Shown here: positions 1-9,270 of the stretch, one piece after another
Layout: the number at the start of each line of letters is the position of its first letter
Position numbering within the stretch: the first letter of the stretch is position 1
Origin: Candidatus Parcubacteria bacterium
GTDB taxonomy: Bacteria > Patescibacteriota > Patescibacteriia > Patescibacteriales > UBA12075
DNA: 64,000 nt
Direction of reading: 5' to 3'
Assembly (NCBI GenBank): GCA_002869165.1
Contig: PKTK01000006.1
Coordinates: forward strand, 2,127 to 66,126
The notes under the pieces: generated by a model
Databases searched by the model: none
Seen by the model: only the letters and a program-made list of their open reading frames with translations
What the model was told of the DNA's origin: nothing
Made by a program: the position numbers and the translations under genes

Positions 1-194
1 AATATTTTTATATAGTCAGTGCAAACCCTTATTTTTAAATTACTTTTGGCAAAATCTTTTTGCTTTTCTTGCATTTCCTTGTAAATCTTATCCCAACCAA
101 AATCCCAAGTTTTAAATTCTGACTTATGTTTACTATCAGTTTTTACTGTCTTGCTATATTCGTCTGGATGTTTATGCCTAATTTCGTAATACAT
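1..194 (-). CDS. hypothetical protein, truncated by the left window edge
   Basis: An open minus-strand frame starts at the ATG at 192-194 (MYYEIRHKHPDEYSK...) and runs off the edge. The ATG sits 1 nt after the TGA stop (196-198) of the upstream gene. It is not in the supplied track and has no recognisable motif. Confidence 0.3.
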   Translation of the reverse strand, partial: MYYEIRHKHPDEYSKTVKTDSKHKSEFKTWDFGWDKIYKEMQEKQKDFAKSNLKIRVCTDYIKI

Positions 195-195
195 A

Positions 196-780
196 TCAAC
201 TAACAATAACTTCTACCAACTCTGGCAACTCTTCTTTCCCCATGTCACCCATCGTATAATGCCCATGACCATCAAGGTTAATTATTTCACCACCAAGTGC
301 ATCATGAAATATTTTTAAACTTACCTTACCCCCCTCTTCCTCATCATTTGCTGTAAACATAAACACCTCATCAACTCTTTCCTTAATAGTGCGGTCAATA
401 TCATAGGCATAAAACTTTTCTTTGTATTTGTTCTTTATCCCGTGTCTATCAAATGTTTTCCAAGGAGCCACTAAAACAAGTTTATGTATTTTCTTTTTGC
501 TTTCTCCAAGCCAACGAACAAGAAAAGCACAACCACAACTATGCCCTACCAAGATTGTGTTCTCATCTACTTCCAGCTTCTCAAATTCTTCTTTGAATTT
601 TTCATAATCTGGTTGCCACGGCTCTGGCATTGTTGGTGTTTCAGTTATTATACCCTGTTTCTCAAGTTCTGTTTTTGTTGATGGTATCCAGTGTTTATCA
701 TAAGTTCTAGTTTCAGGGTCCATTGCCTTTTCTGCGTTAGAAGGGCAACCATGAATTATTATACATTTTTTATTTGCCAT
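196..780 (-). CDS. alpha/beta-fold serine hydrolase, YdeN/RBBP9-like
   Basis: 194 aa with IIIHG near the N-terminus and a nucleophile elbow G-H-S-C-G (LVGHSCGC). There are late D/H candidates (NLDGHGHY). Size and layout match my memory of the small Ser_hydrolase family. Confidence 0.7.
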   Translation of the reverse strand: MANKKCIIIHGCPSNAEKAMDPETRTYDKHWIPSTKTELEKQGIITETPTMPEPWQPDYEKFKEEFEKLEVDENTILVGHSCGCAFLVRWLGESKKKIHKLVLVAPWKTFDRHGIKNKYKEKFYAYDIDRTIKERVDEVFMFTANDEEEGGKVSLKIFHDALGGEIINLDGHGHYTMGDMGKEELPELVEVIVS

Positions 781-806
781 ATTTTTATTTTCAAATATTA
801 GTATTA

Positions 807-1319
807 TTATTGCAAACCACCGACAGCATAAACTAGCATAACAGCATAAATTAAATCAAACCAAAAAAATCTCAATTTATTTGCAGTCCAAAGCAACCAA
901 TAAAAAGGGTAAGCAAGATAATGGATAACTGTTCCCCCGTTTTTTATTGACTCCTTGCTTTTAGAAACAATGTGTTTTCCATCATGGTCACTCGGAAATG
1001 CATGCATCCCCGAAGAAATAGCAATCCACAAAAACAACCAATATAGAGTGCTATCAAAATATGTCTGGCTTGCAAAATAGCCAAACAAAAAAGTCATTGT
1101 TGTGTTAAGTATCAATGGTCCTGTTGAAATATAGAATGTTTGTTTATATGTCGCTGGCTCTTCATGTAGCACATAACCAGCAGGATTACCAAAGCGAAAA
1201 TATACAACCTTGCTTACCTTAACTCCCATCCAATCACAAAATTTCTTGTGTGACCATTCGTGAATTATTACTCCTGGAAATGTTAACATTGATATTAACC
1301 AACCTGGTATAAAAAACAT
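807..1319 (-). CDS. polytopic membrane protein with HExxH motif (DUF3267-like putative metallopeptidase)
   Basis: 170 aa with several hydrophobic helices. HEWSH follows directly after the first helix. Confidence 0.5.
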   Translation of the reverse strand: MFFIPGWLISMLTFPGVIIHEWSHKKFCDWMGVKVSKVVYFRFGNPAGYVLHEEPATYKQTFYISTGPLILNTTMTFLFGYFASQTYFDSTLYWLFLWIAISSGMHAFPSDHDGKHIVSKSKESIKNGGTVIHYLAYPFYWLLWTANKLRFFWFDLIYAVMLVYAVGGLQ

Positions 1320-1337
1320 ATAGTTTTATTTAAATAA

Positions 1338-1805
1338 TTATTGTTCTTTTAAAAAGTCGCTTACCATTTTGCAATACCTATCCTGATATTTTTTTGGAAT
1401 TAACTCCTCGCTCAATTTCTCAATTTTTCTATTTTTTATTATCAAGTCACACCTACCGAAATAAAATCCTTTCAGCGAAGCGATAAACAAATACGAAGGG
1501 TTCCAGCGTTTATTCTGTTCCTTGGCAATCTTCAAAAGATTATTACTTGTCTCGGGATGTTTCCTGAACTTCACCTCTACTATCATAATATTTTCATCTT
1601 TCTCATCCTTTGGCACAAGCACGAAATCTGGAGCTGACCTGATTGGTTTCAAAATATTGTTACTGCTATAATCCAACAGTCCAGGCAACACCCTTTCATA
1701 GCCAAGCGGTAGTATGGTATATTGTTTTGCCTCGGCAAACATCTGCTGAAAAATCAACTCGGCAATCTTCCCTTTTATAAGTTGTTTTTGAAAATTATTT
1801 TTCAT
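1338..1805 (-). CDS. PD-(D/E)xK-fold nuclease-like protein
   Basis: 155 aa. APDFVLV ... VEVKFR gives a D...E-x-K arrangement after an N-terminal helix (GKIAELIFQQMF). Confidence 0.4.
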   Translation of the reverse strand: MKNNFQKQLIKGKIAELIFQQMFAEAKQYTILPLGYERVLPGLLDYSSNNILKPIRSAPDFVLVPKDEKDENIMIVEVKFRKHPETSNNLLKIAKEQNKRWNPSYLFIASLKGFYFGRCDLIIKNRKIEKLSEELIPKKYQDRYCKMVSDFLKEQ

Positions 1806-1810
1806 AAGCT

Positions 1811-2560
1811 TTATTTATAAATTTGAGCTCTTCCGAGAGACCATCTTCCTAGCTTCTCATTTGCTTCAACACTATAAAATATCACGCTTGTTTTTCCACC
1901 TTTTTGCCATTTCTCACCAAAAGATTGCAAAAAGAAATTTTTGTCATCTCTTGTTGCAACCATCCATGCTTGTTGTGGAACATACAAGTATAACAGCTCG
2001 TCTTCTACCCCTGTAATCTCCGATTTAACAACAAACCCTTCTTTTTTCATTTTTATAATCAAATCATCAACTTGTGCCAACCATAGAACCTCTTCTAATT
2101 TATCCTCATCAGTTTTAACATCTTGCTTCTTCGTATTATTAGTTTGCTGTGTTGTAGTCGTATCAGCAAATGCAGATACAAACATGGAAAAAATAAAAAT
2201 AACAAGAAAAATAGTTAACAATGGATGTTTTTTTATCCACTCATTGCTATTTTTTTTCTTTTCCAATTTTTCTTCTTCTTTAGTGACAAACTTTTCATAA
2301 GTAACTATTACTTTTTTCTTTTTGGAAACCCTGTTAGCTTCTCCCCACCCGTCCTCTTTCAATTTTAAAACTTTTTTATCCATCTCTTTTTGTCCTTTTT
2401 CAGAAATTTTAAATTCTAAAGTTTTGCTCAATCTCTTTTTGCCTTTTGTGTCTTCTTCTTTTTTCTCTTCACTCAACATTGAACCACAATGCTTACACTT
2501 AATCGCCTCAATGTTTATTTCCTCTGCACAAAAGGGACATTTTTTTAAATTTTCTGGCAT
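1811..2560 (-). CDS. zinc-ribbon, single-pass membrane protein
   Basis: It has an N-terminal CPFC...CKHC ribbon, a K/E-rich linker, one TM helix (LLTIFLVIFIFSMFVSAF) and a C-terminal domain of about 110 aa. Confidence 0.5.
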   Translation of the reverse strand: MPENLKKCPFCAEEINIEAIKCKHCGSMLSEEKKEEDTKGKKRLSKTLEFKISEKGQKEMDKKVLKLKEDGWGEANRVSKKKKVIVTYEKFVTKEEEKLEKKKNSNEWIKKHPLLTIFLVIFIFSMFVSAFADTTTTQQTNNTKKQDVKTDEDKLEEVLWLAQVDDLIIKMKKEGFVVKSEITGVEDELLYLYVPQQAWMVATRDDKNFFLQSFGEKWQKGGKTSVIFYSVEANEKLGRWSLGRAQIYK

Positions 2561-2599
2561 ATTTGTATTTTAATTGTTAAAATATCATAATTTTGTAGT

Positions 2600-2896
2600 T
2601 TACAACATCTTCTCAATCAATGAGGCTATTAAAATAAATACTGAAAAAATTAACATTCCCAATAACAATATTAAAAAAAATATTGCGTCAAATTTCCTTG
2701 AGGTCACATTTGGCATTTTAACACCAAGTGTCTTGAGCAAAAGACTGCCGATGCTACTGCTTTCTCTTTCTTCTATCATTCTAGCCCAAATGTTTTTTAG
2801 GGAATAGTAGTTGCGATTTTTATAACCTTCATACGCCACATATAAAAGACCAAGAAAGCATAAAAAAATAGCAACATAAAAAATATATTCAATCAT
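2600..2896 (-). CDS. small membrane protein
   Basis: 98 aa with two hydrophobic helices, co-oriented and tightly packed with its neighbours. Confidence 0.4.
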   Translation of the reverse strand: MIEYIFYVAIFLCFLGLLYVAYEGYKNRNYYSLKNIWARMIEERESSSIGSLLLKTLGVKMPNVTSRKFDAIFFLILLLGMLIFSVFILIASLIEKML

Positions 2897-2962
2897 ATTA
2901 TTAATTTCCTAACTCCTGTAATTAGAGTTATGGGAGATAGGAGGACAAATAAAAAGGTTTTA

Positions 2963-3586
2963 TCATTTTTTGTCTTGGTATAAAACTAAAAATAAATCTA
3001 AAGTTTTCACCCTTAAGTATCCCCAAAAACGATTAGCTCTATTTAAAAACACGAATAAAAGAAAAATAAAAAACAATGTCAATAAAAAATTGTTTTGGCT
3101 AAACTGCCAAAATAACACCAACAGCATAAATACAACTTGAACGAAGGAAGTAAAATAAAGCCCTCTATACAATCCGTAATTTGAATTGAAGACTTGAATT
3201 TGACCTGTCGTGTCTCTTAACAGAACAAATAGGTTGCAAATACTCCAAACCTTGCTCTCATCGCAATGCTCTTGTATTTCGTCATCAATAATCAAACTTC
3301 TAGCTTTTTTTAAAACTGCTTTTTCGTAACTATTAAAGTCTTTTTTGTTTTCCTTGAAAAAAAACTTTAATATTGGAATTTTTCCAGCTAGATTGACTGA
3401 ACCTTGGATAACATGCCCCAAGATATAAGAAATAATAAAATATACTATCAATACTGAAATATCAAAAGGCAGGCTAATACTTAAAATATAAACTACATTT
3501 AAATACACCACTAAAATGGCATACGCTCCAACCACCAAATAGCCAATTTGGTCGTATAAATTAAATTTTGAAAAATTATACTGCAT
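2963..3586 (-). CDS. membrane protein, unknown function
   Basis: 207 aa with hydrophobic helices at both ends and a soluble middle. It lies 3 nt downstream of the MBL-fold gene. Confidence 0.5.
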   Translation of the reverse strand: MQYNFSKFNLYDQIGYLVVGAYAILVVYLNVVYILSISLPFDISVLIVYFIISYILGHVIQGSVNLAGKIPILKFFFKENKKDFNSYEKAVLKKARSLIIDDEIQEHCDESKVWSICNLFVLLRDTTGQIQVFNSNYGLYRGLYFTSFVQVVFMLLVLFWQFSQNNFLLTLFFIFLLFVFLNRANRFWGYLRVKTLDLFLVLYQDKK

Positions 3587-3589
3587 ATT

Positions 3590-4360
3590 TTAAATTACTG
3601 TCATAGAATTTTCTGAATTTATTTTTGCAACAACAGTTCCGTTACGAGTTGTATGAACGCCTCTTCTCGCTTGATTTCTGTATCTTGAGTCTGCATCATG
3701 GTCAGTTTTTGAACCTGCTGATATCACAACAAAAGCTAAATTCATTTTTTTAATTTTCTCTAGGTTATAACCACTTTTATTGCCATGATGTGAAGCAAGA
3801 AGCAGGGATGTTCCAGATATTTCACTGTCAGATATCCAATCCCAACCGTCATCCTCAATATCACCTTGTATCAAAATCTTATGTCCACGACATGTAATTC
3901 TTAAAAGTAAGCTGTTATTATTTACTTCATCAGAAAACTCTTTTAGCATGATGTCATTAGGTGATAAATAATCAATTCGGGTATCACCAATTTTGCTATT
4001 CCATCCTTTTTTAACTTCAAATACTTTTTCACAATGTTCACCTAATCTCATATCCTCATAAGTATCCCAATCAAGAGTAACAGGGTCAGGGGTAAAATTA
4101 ACTGGAGAATGAATAAAAGTAGTAATTTTAAATTTATCAACAAAATCACACAATCCACCAATATGGTCTTGATGGGGATGCGTAATTATTAACCTATCTA
4201 TTGTTCTAATATTTGCTTCTTCCAAAATTGATACAATATTATCATATCCATCCTCTTTGCAAACCTTTAAGTCAATAATAGCATTTGAGTTATTGGGAAA
4301 TTCTACATAAGAGCAATGACCATTCCCAACTTTGAAAAAAAATATTTTAAAATCTCTCAT
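3590..4360 (-). CDS. metallo-beta-lactamase-fold hydrolase
   Basis: 256 aa with the HxHxDH motif (ITHPHQDHIGG) and a later ASHHG. Confidence 0.75.
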   Translation of the reverse strand: MRDFKIFFFKVGNGHCSYVEFPNNSNAIIDLKVCKEDGYDNIVSILEEANIRTIDRLIITHPHQDHIGGLCDFVDKFKITTFIHSPVNFTPDPVTLDWDTYEDMRLGEHCEKVFEVKKGWNSKIGDTRIDYLSPNDIMLKEFSDEVNNNSLLLRITCRGHKILIQGDIEDDGWDWISDSEISGTSLLLASHHGNKSGYNLEKIKKMNLAFVVISAGSKTDHDADSRYRNQARRGVHTTRNGTVVAKINSENSMTVI

Positions 4361-4428
4361 ATGGCAAAATTTACTAATCTTGCTATCAATTTACCATTTT
4401 AGAGCATAAAAATCAAGTAAACTCTAGA

Positions 4429-5325
4429 TTAAAAGCTAACTTCTTCAAATGCCTTATAGTAGCGTGGGAGGTCTTGTTTTAGCTTAATCCCGTCATTGTA
4501 GACCTGAAGCATCTCAAGGCTACGATGGCGGGTATAGCGTGCCACCTCAAGCAAGTCACCTTTATAGTTCTTGATTAGCTTGGTGGTGAAATAATGCCTA
4601 AAACCATGAACACTACGCTCAATCTCAAGCTCACGCAAGACATCAGTGACAATTTGTCGCAAACCCCTGGTTGTTATTTGATTGTTAAGGTTCTTATTGC
4701 TTCTGCTAGGAAACAGAAAACCGTATGATATTTTGTTTGTTTTTAAATATAGCTCAATATTTTTGATGGTCACTGGATGTAAATTGATTATTTCCTTGTC
4801 ATCCTGCCCCTTACCCTGAATAAATGCTGTTTTGCTTACCAAATCAACATCAGAAACCTTCAATCTTGTTATCTCTACCTGCCGTAATCCCTGATAAATA
4901 AGAAAGCTAAAAATTGCCTTTAGCCTTGTATTGCTTCTATCATCAGTAAGCTCGTGAAGGTAGTTTGTTAATTTCCTGATTTCATCCTCGTTTACCCCTT
5001 CCTTTTTATGTTTCTTGAATTGAGAGAAGGCTTTGATGTTGTGCGTGATGTCAACTGGAAGTATTCCCTGGCGATGAAGCTCTTTCAGAAATATTCTGGT
5101 AGTTGCTAGATATTTGTTTTTAGTGCTAACGGAATAATCAACTCTGCTTTTCAAGTAACGCTTAAACTCTAAAAAACTGTTTTTATTGATGCCCTGCTTT
5201 TTGGTGAACCAAAGAAAAAGACAAATCCGTTGCTTATACTCATAGCGTGTAGTATCTGAAACATCCAGAAAATCAAAAACTGTTTTAGCCACATTACCGA
5301 CTTGTTTTAGTTCTATTATCTCCAT
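4429..5325 (-). CDS. tyrosine recombinase/integrase
   Basis: The C-terminal catalytic pattern is HGFRHYF ... RHRSLEMLQVY. I moved the start to the ATG at 5323-5325 (MEIIELK), which abuts the TAG stop (5327-5329) of the upstream small ORF. Confidence 0.8.
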   Translation of the reverse strand: MEIIELKQVGNVAKTVFDFLDVSDTTRYEYKQRICLFLWFTKKQGINKNSFLEFKRYLKSRVDYSVSTKNKYLATTRIFLKELHRQGILPVDITHNIKAFSQFKKHKKEGVNEDEIRKLTNYLHELTDDRSNTRLKAIFSFLIYQGLRQVEITRLKVSDVDLVSKTAFIQGKGQDDKEIINLHPVTIKNIELYLKTNKISYGFLFPSRSNKNLNNQITTRGLRQIVTDVLRELEIERSVHGFRHYFTTKLIKNYKGDLLEVARYTRHRSLEMLQVYNDGIKLKQDLPRYYKAFEEVSF

Positions 5326-5326
5326 A

Positions 5327-5626
5327 CTACAATTTAATTTTTCCAAACTTACCCAATGCCTGAAATAATTCATTTACATAGTGGCGAACTTCTGGATTAT
5401 CGCTTTTTCTGACCAACTTTATCATCTGCCTCTTTACATCGTCCAAGCTACTGCTTAACTCATAACAATCCTCTTCAAGTTTTGCTTTGCGTAATTTGTC
5501 CCAAACAAAAACACCACAATTATGATATATTTCATTTATCTGCTTAATCGCCTCTTTTTTATTTTTCCTACGACTAAAGTAAAAAAACTTCAGGTGTCGC
5601 AAGTGGTTTTTGATTTTGAACCGCAT
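5327..5626 (-). CDS. small hypothetical protein (start uncertain)
   Basis: This is the tail of track ORF 5327..5698. The first internal ATG (MRFKIK) still overlaps the terminase 3' end. The only support is stop/start abutment with the downstream integrase. Confidence 0.25.
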   Translation of the reverse strand: MRFKIKNHLRHLKFFYFSRRKNKKEAIKQINEIYHNCGVFVWDKLRKAKLEEDCYELSSSLDDVKRQMIKLVRKSDNPEVRHYVNELFQALGKFGKIKL

Positions 5627-6992
5627 ACAAACTTGCAAGTCCAAGACTGATAACAAAATCATCGTGCTTACCGCTCTTGTGGTCAATGCGATAGCCATAA
5701 GTAGTTTGAATAGCCTGGACTGTTTTTAGTTCTTTTATTAATTCTTTGTGATTATATATTTTAAGTCTTCTGTTATGTATTATGAAAAATAAATTTTGGG
5801 CTAACCTGTTTATATTCTGACCTGAAAAAGAAAACTCTTCTACTGGTAAACACTTTGCTTTCAGATTTTGTATCAACTGCATTGCTTGCCAAGGGTCAAC
5901 GATAATATTTCTAAAAAAGTATCTACTATGAGCATCTAGCAAATAATCCTGGATTGTCTGTAAGTCAACTGGATTGTTTTTAGTCCCCTGCCAACTAGCC
6001 ACCTCATCCAATACTACTGCGTTCAATTTATAATCATAGTGACATACAGTTGCTACTGTTTTATCATTTTTAAGTCCGATATCAAGACCTACAAAATAAA
6101 GAAAAGAAGAGTCCCTTTTCTGACTTGGCAATAAGTCTTCATCAACACATCTATCCACTTCAGTGCTATCTAAAAACTGATTATGCGAGTCAACCCATCG
6201 GCATTCGTGCATTCTGATATACTCTGAAGGGTGTAAAACGGCTTTCTGGTCGTCTAAATAGCTTTGCTTGACCCAAGATGCTGGATTTTCAGTAGCGTGA
6301 TAAAAAAACATTCTCTTGTTGCTCTCTGTCTTGCCCATTTTATAAAGCCTGTAAAGAACACTGTCCTTGTCATAGCCTGCATAACTTATAACCAACTGTA
6401 ATCCATTCTTTTTTGTTGGTCCAAGTGTCATGGCACTAAACAAGTCCTCTGACTTTGCATTCCACAACTCATCAAAAATCACCAAAGTCGGATTTACTCC
6501 GTGAGCAGTGGGAGCATCGGCTGACATCGCCCTTAAAAATCCCTTTCCATCCTTTCTTTCAATAAAATCATTTTTTATGTTTACCAAATTGAACAATGCT
6601 TGATTTCGCCTGATAGCATTTGTTACCATCCTGAAAATAATTCGTGACTGGTCAAGGTCTCCTGAACATATATAGACCTCGGGATAATCATCGTCAAATA
6701 ATAATGCCCAAATCCCTATCCCTGAAGCAAGAGTGCTTTTCCCATTCTTCTTTGGTATCATCACCAAGGCAAGTCTGTTCTGCCTAACATCTGGATGCCC
6801 TCTCATCTTCTTCATAAATACGCTTCGGAGTATTTTCTTCTGCCAAGGTTCAAGTTTAATATTCTTGTTATCTTCCAGAATATATTCACCTTCAAAAAAA
6901 TCAATAATGTTGTTCCTATATTTCTCAACAAGCTCATCTCCTATCACTCTTTCACTCGCATCATCAAATATTTTGTATGGTTTTTGTGGCAT
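5574..6992 (-). CDS. terL: phage terminase large subunit (Terminase_1/COG4626-like)
   Basis: 472 aa with LEPWQKKIL, Walker A IPKKNGKST and Walker B LVIFDELW. The downstream nuclease-half pattern is as I recall for this family. Confidence 0.8.
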   Translation of the reverse strand: MPQKPYKIFDDASERVIGDELVEKYRNNIIDFFEGEYILEDNKNIKLEPWQKKILRSVFMKKMRGHPDVRQNRLALVMIPKKNGKSTLASGIGIWALLFDDDYPEVYICSGDLDQSRIIFRMVTNAIRRNQALFNLVNIKNDFIERKDGKGFLRAMSADAPTAHGVNPTLVIFDELWNAKSEDLFSAMTLGPTKKNGLQLVISYAGYDKDSVLYRLYKMGKTESNKRMFFYHATENPASWVKQSYLDDQKAVLHPSEYIRMHECRWVDSHNQFLDSTEVDRCVDEDLLPSQKRDSSFLYFVGLDIGLKNDKTVATVCHYDYKLNAVVLDEVASWQGTKNNPVDLQTIQDYLLDAHSRYFFRNIIVDPWQAMQLIQNLKAKCLPVEEFSFSGQNINRLAQNLFFIIHNRRLKIYNHKELIKELKTVQAIQTTYGYRIDHKSGKHDDFVISLGLASLYAVQNQKPLATPEVFLL

Positions 6993-7148
6993 GTTTTTCA
7001 GTTTTATTTTTCAAAGGAAGGCAAAAACCAATATTTACAACTTCTTTTTGTAACTTTTTACTTTAGATTAGTCATATTGTTTTATATTACTTAAATTATT
7101 TAGTGGCAAATAATAAAGTTTAAGCTACATAATATCCTATTTTTCATG

Positions 7149-8042
7149 CTAAATATCATTCAAGGGATGCTTAATCATCTGCTTTCTCAAATGTTCCGCT
7201 GATGCTTGCAAATAGATTGAAGTGGTTTCCAGCTTCTCGTGTCCCATCATTTTGGAAAGACTAAAAAGGTCGCATCCTCCTTCCAGCATCAAAGTAGCAA
7301 AAGTGTGCCTCAACTTATGGATAGTAAAAACAATATCTGTTTCCTTTCTAAACTTTTCCACCAAACGCTTCATGCAAGTATCAGTAATGCCCATGTTCCT
7401 GTTGAGTGAACAGAAAAATTCTGGAGCAGTTTTACCTAGTCTACTCCTTTCTTCTAAATATTTTTTCAGAATTGCTGTTAAGCGATAGTTAATCGGAATT
7501 ATCCTGTCCTTCGCTCCTTTGCCCTGCCTCACGAACAAAGTTAGGTTTTCAATATCAATATCAGTTAGCTTTAAGTTAATCAATTCCCTCTTTCTTATGC
7601 CCGCAAACAAGAAAACTGCGAAAATCGCATGATTGCGATAGCGTAAATACGGATATTTGTAGGGATAGTTAAAAACTATTTCTAAAAGCCTCATCGCATC
7701 TTGCTTTGTAAGTTTTGGTGGTATCCTTTTTTCAAGTTTAGGACATTCTAGACTTTCTGCTGGATTACTATCAATATAGCCTTCTTCTATACACCAACGA
7801 AAAAACACTACCAGGCTCTTATGATATGTAATAAAAGTATTTGTTTTCCATTTCCTTTTTGTTCTTCCGTCATAAAAAAGTTTTTTTACATTATCATCAG
7901 TAACATCGGTAACATCTGTAATCCCTGTAAAACTAACAAACATGTTTATTATATTGCGATACCTTTTTATGGTCTCAACTGAATATCCCCTGATATACAA
8001 TGAGTGGTCATAAAATTTTTGAGCTATAATTTTTATTTCCAT
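7149..8042 (-). CDS. tyrosine integrase, tRNA-adjacent (paralog of 28039..28932)
   Basis: Catalytic pattern HKLRHTFATLMLEGG...GHEKLETTSIYL. It aligns end to end with the 28039..28932 protein, with most positions identical by eye. I set the start at ATG 8040-8042 (MEIKII) by homology, because the track start is a TTG. Confidence 0.85.
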   Translation of the reverse strand: MEIKIIAQKFYDHSLYIRGYSVETIKRYRNIINMFVSFTGITDVTDVTDDNVKKLFYDGRTKRKWKTNTFITYHKSLVVFFRWCIEEGYIDSNPAESLECPKLEKRIPPKLTKQDAMRLLEIVFNYPYKYPYLRYRNHAIFAVFLFAGIRKRELINLKLTDIDIENLTLFVRQGKGAKDRIIPINYRLTAILKKYLEERSRLGKTAPEFFCSLNRNMGITDTCMKRLVEKFRKETDIVFTIHKLRHTFATLMLEGGCDLFSLSKMMGHEKLETTSIYLQASAEHLRKQMIKHPLNDI

Positions 8043-8068
8043 AAAAAAACACCGCAATTATAGTTGCG
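8043..8068 (-). terminator. hairpin plus T-tract between the tRNA 3' half and the integrase ATG
   Basis: The minus strand reads CGCAAC-TATA-ATTGCG followed by GTGTTTTTTT, running straight into the ATG at 8042. Confidence 0.45.
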
Positions 8069-8082
8069 ATATTTTTTTCTTG

Positions 8083-8124
8083 AGCCGATGTCGGGATTTG
8101 AACCCGATACCCCTACCTTACCAT
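8083..8124 (-). tRNA. 3' half of a split tRNA-Thr(GGU), copy B (anticodon loop to discriminator)
   Basis: The minus strand reads ATGGTAA-GGTAG-GGGTA-TCGGG-TTCAAAT-CCCGA-CATCGGC-T. It pairs perfectly with the 5' half at 29382..29419. No upstream 5' half is adjacent. Confidence 0.8.
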
Positions 8125-8322
8125 CAATTTGGCTTGTAAAATTGTGCCGAATTTAATTCAATGTTAGGAGATTTCTTCCCGATAAAGGGAGGAAAAAGGG
8201 GCGGTAGCTTGGACCACTTTTAGCGCTACCAAACGACTAAATAAAAATCCTAATTAAAGGATTTCTGTGGGATAATAATGCTATTAATAGTAAGCTATAT
8301 TACATAAAAAACTATATCATAA

Positions 8323-9267
8323 CTATAAAAAATTATCAAGAGAAAGCTTCTCGACATCCCCCCGCATAGCCTTTGTTGGCAAACAACGTAAATAAGTGGC
8401 TGTCATCCGGATATCCAAGTGCCCCATCAACTGCTTAAGCTTGGCCACATCTGTGCCACTATTAAGTAAATTGACAGCATAGGTATGGCGTAAGATATGG
8501 ATATGAAAATTAAAATCCAATTCCTCCCTGATCTTATCGATCGTATGTTTAAAGCCGTTCACAGTGAATGCTGTGTCTTTATTTCCGGACACAAACAGAT
8601 TAGGTGTTTTATATCCTTTTTGTTTTCTAGCTTGTAAATAATCTTTCATGATCTCCATGATCTTTGTATTGAGCGGTACTACTCGCTGTCTTTTTGACTT
8701 GGAGGTTGATGCTCGCACTGTCAGTTCTCGCTTATCGGGATTAAAATCACTAACCATTAACCCAAGCAACTCCCCTCTCCGTAATCCGGTGTACAGTGGT
8801 AGAGTTACTAATAGATAATTTCTTTTCCGCACAAAACTATCCTGCCAATCGATTGAATGATTGACTGCAAGAATTAATTTTTCAAGCTTTGCTTTCGAAA
8901 TGTATTTTCGATCTTCGTAATTTACTTGCGGATAAGCCATCTTATCGAAAGGATTTTCCTGAATGTGGCCGTTCACTTTCAACCAATTAAAAAAACGATT
9001 GAACTTTGAGCGATAAGTCGCGACTGTACTGTTCTTTATTCCAAACCTAACTTTACCGCGCCCGACTACCCGCTTTCGTTCATCAAGCTTCTTGAAGAAT
9101 GTTGTCATCACCTCCGGACTCAAGCTATCTAGGCAGATGCCAGGGACTAACTCCAACAATGTGTTGAAGCAGCCCCGGCATCCCCTGATTGTCTCCTCGC
9201 TTAACCTGGAAGAGTAACGGCACTCATTTACATAATCTTCAAATAATTTTTTAATATCTTGATTCAT
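8323..9267 (-). CDS. tyrosine recombinase/integrase (second integrase of the inner element)
   Basis: 314 aa with LYTGLRRGELLGL, HILRHTYAVNLL and GHLDIRMTATYL. It lies about 200 nt from the element end. Confidence 0.85.
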   Translation of the reverse strand: MNQDIKKLFEDYVNECRYSSRLSEETIRGCRGCFNTLLELVPGICLDSLSPEVMTTFFKKLDERKRVVGRGKVRFGIKNSTVATYRSKFNRFFNWLKVNGHIQENPFDKMAYPQVNYEDRKYISKAKLEKLILAVNHSIDWQDSFVRKRNYLLVTLPLYTGLRRGELLGLMVSDFNPDKRELTVRASTSKSKRQRVVPLNTKIMEIMKDYLQARKQKGYKTPNLFVSGNKDTAFTVNGFKHTIDKIREELDFNFHIHILRHTYAVNLLNSGTDVAKLKQLMGHLDIRMTATYLRCLPTKAMRGDVEKLSLDNFL

Positions 9268-9270
9268 AAA

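Noticed and set aside
4391-4397. TTACCAT (the reverse complement of the ATGGTAA core) in the gap next to the 4429..5325 integrase, considered as another att site.
   Set aside because: A 7-mer is expected several times by chance in 64 kb of AT-rich DNA. The flanks show no tRNA 3'-half sequence and none of the junction motifs.
5327-5698. The full-length 123-aa ORF overlapping the terminase 3' end.
   Set aside because: Its first 41 codons or so overlap terL in another frame. Only the distal part, with an uncertain start, is kept as a low-confidence feature.
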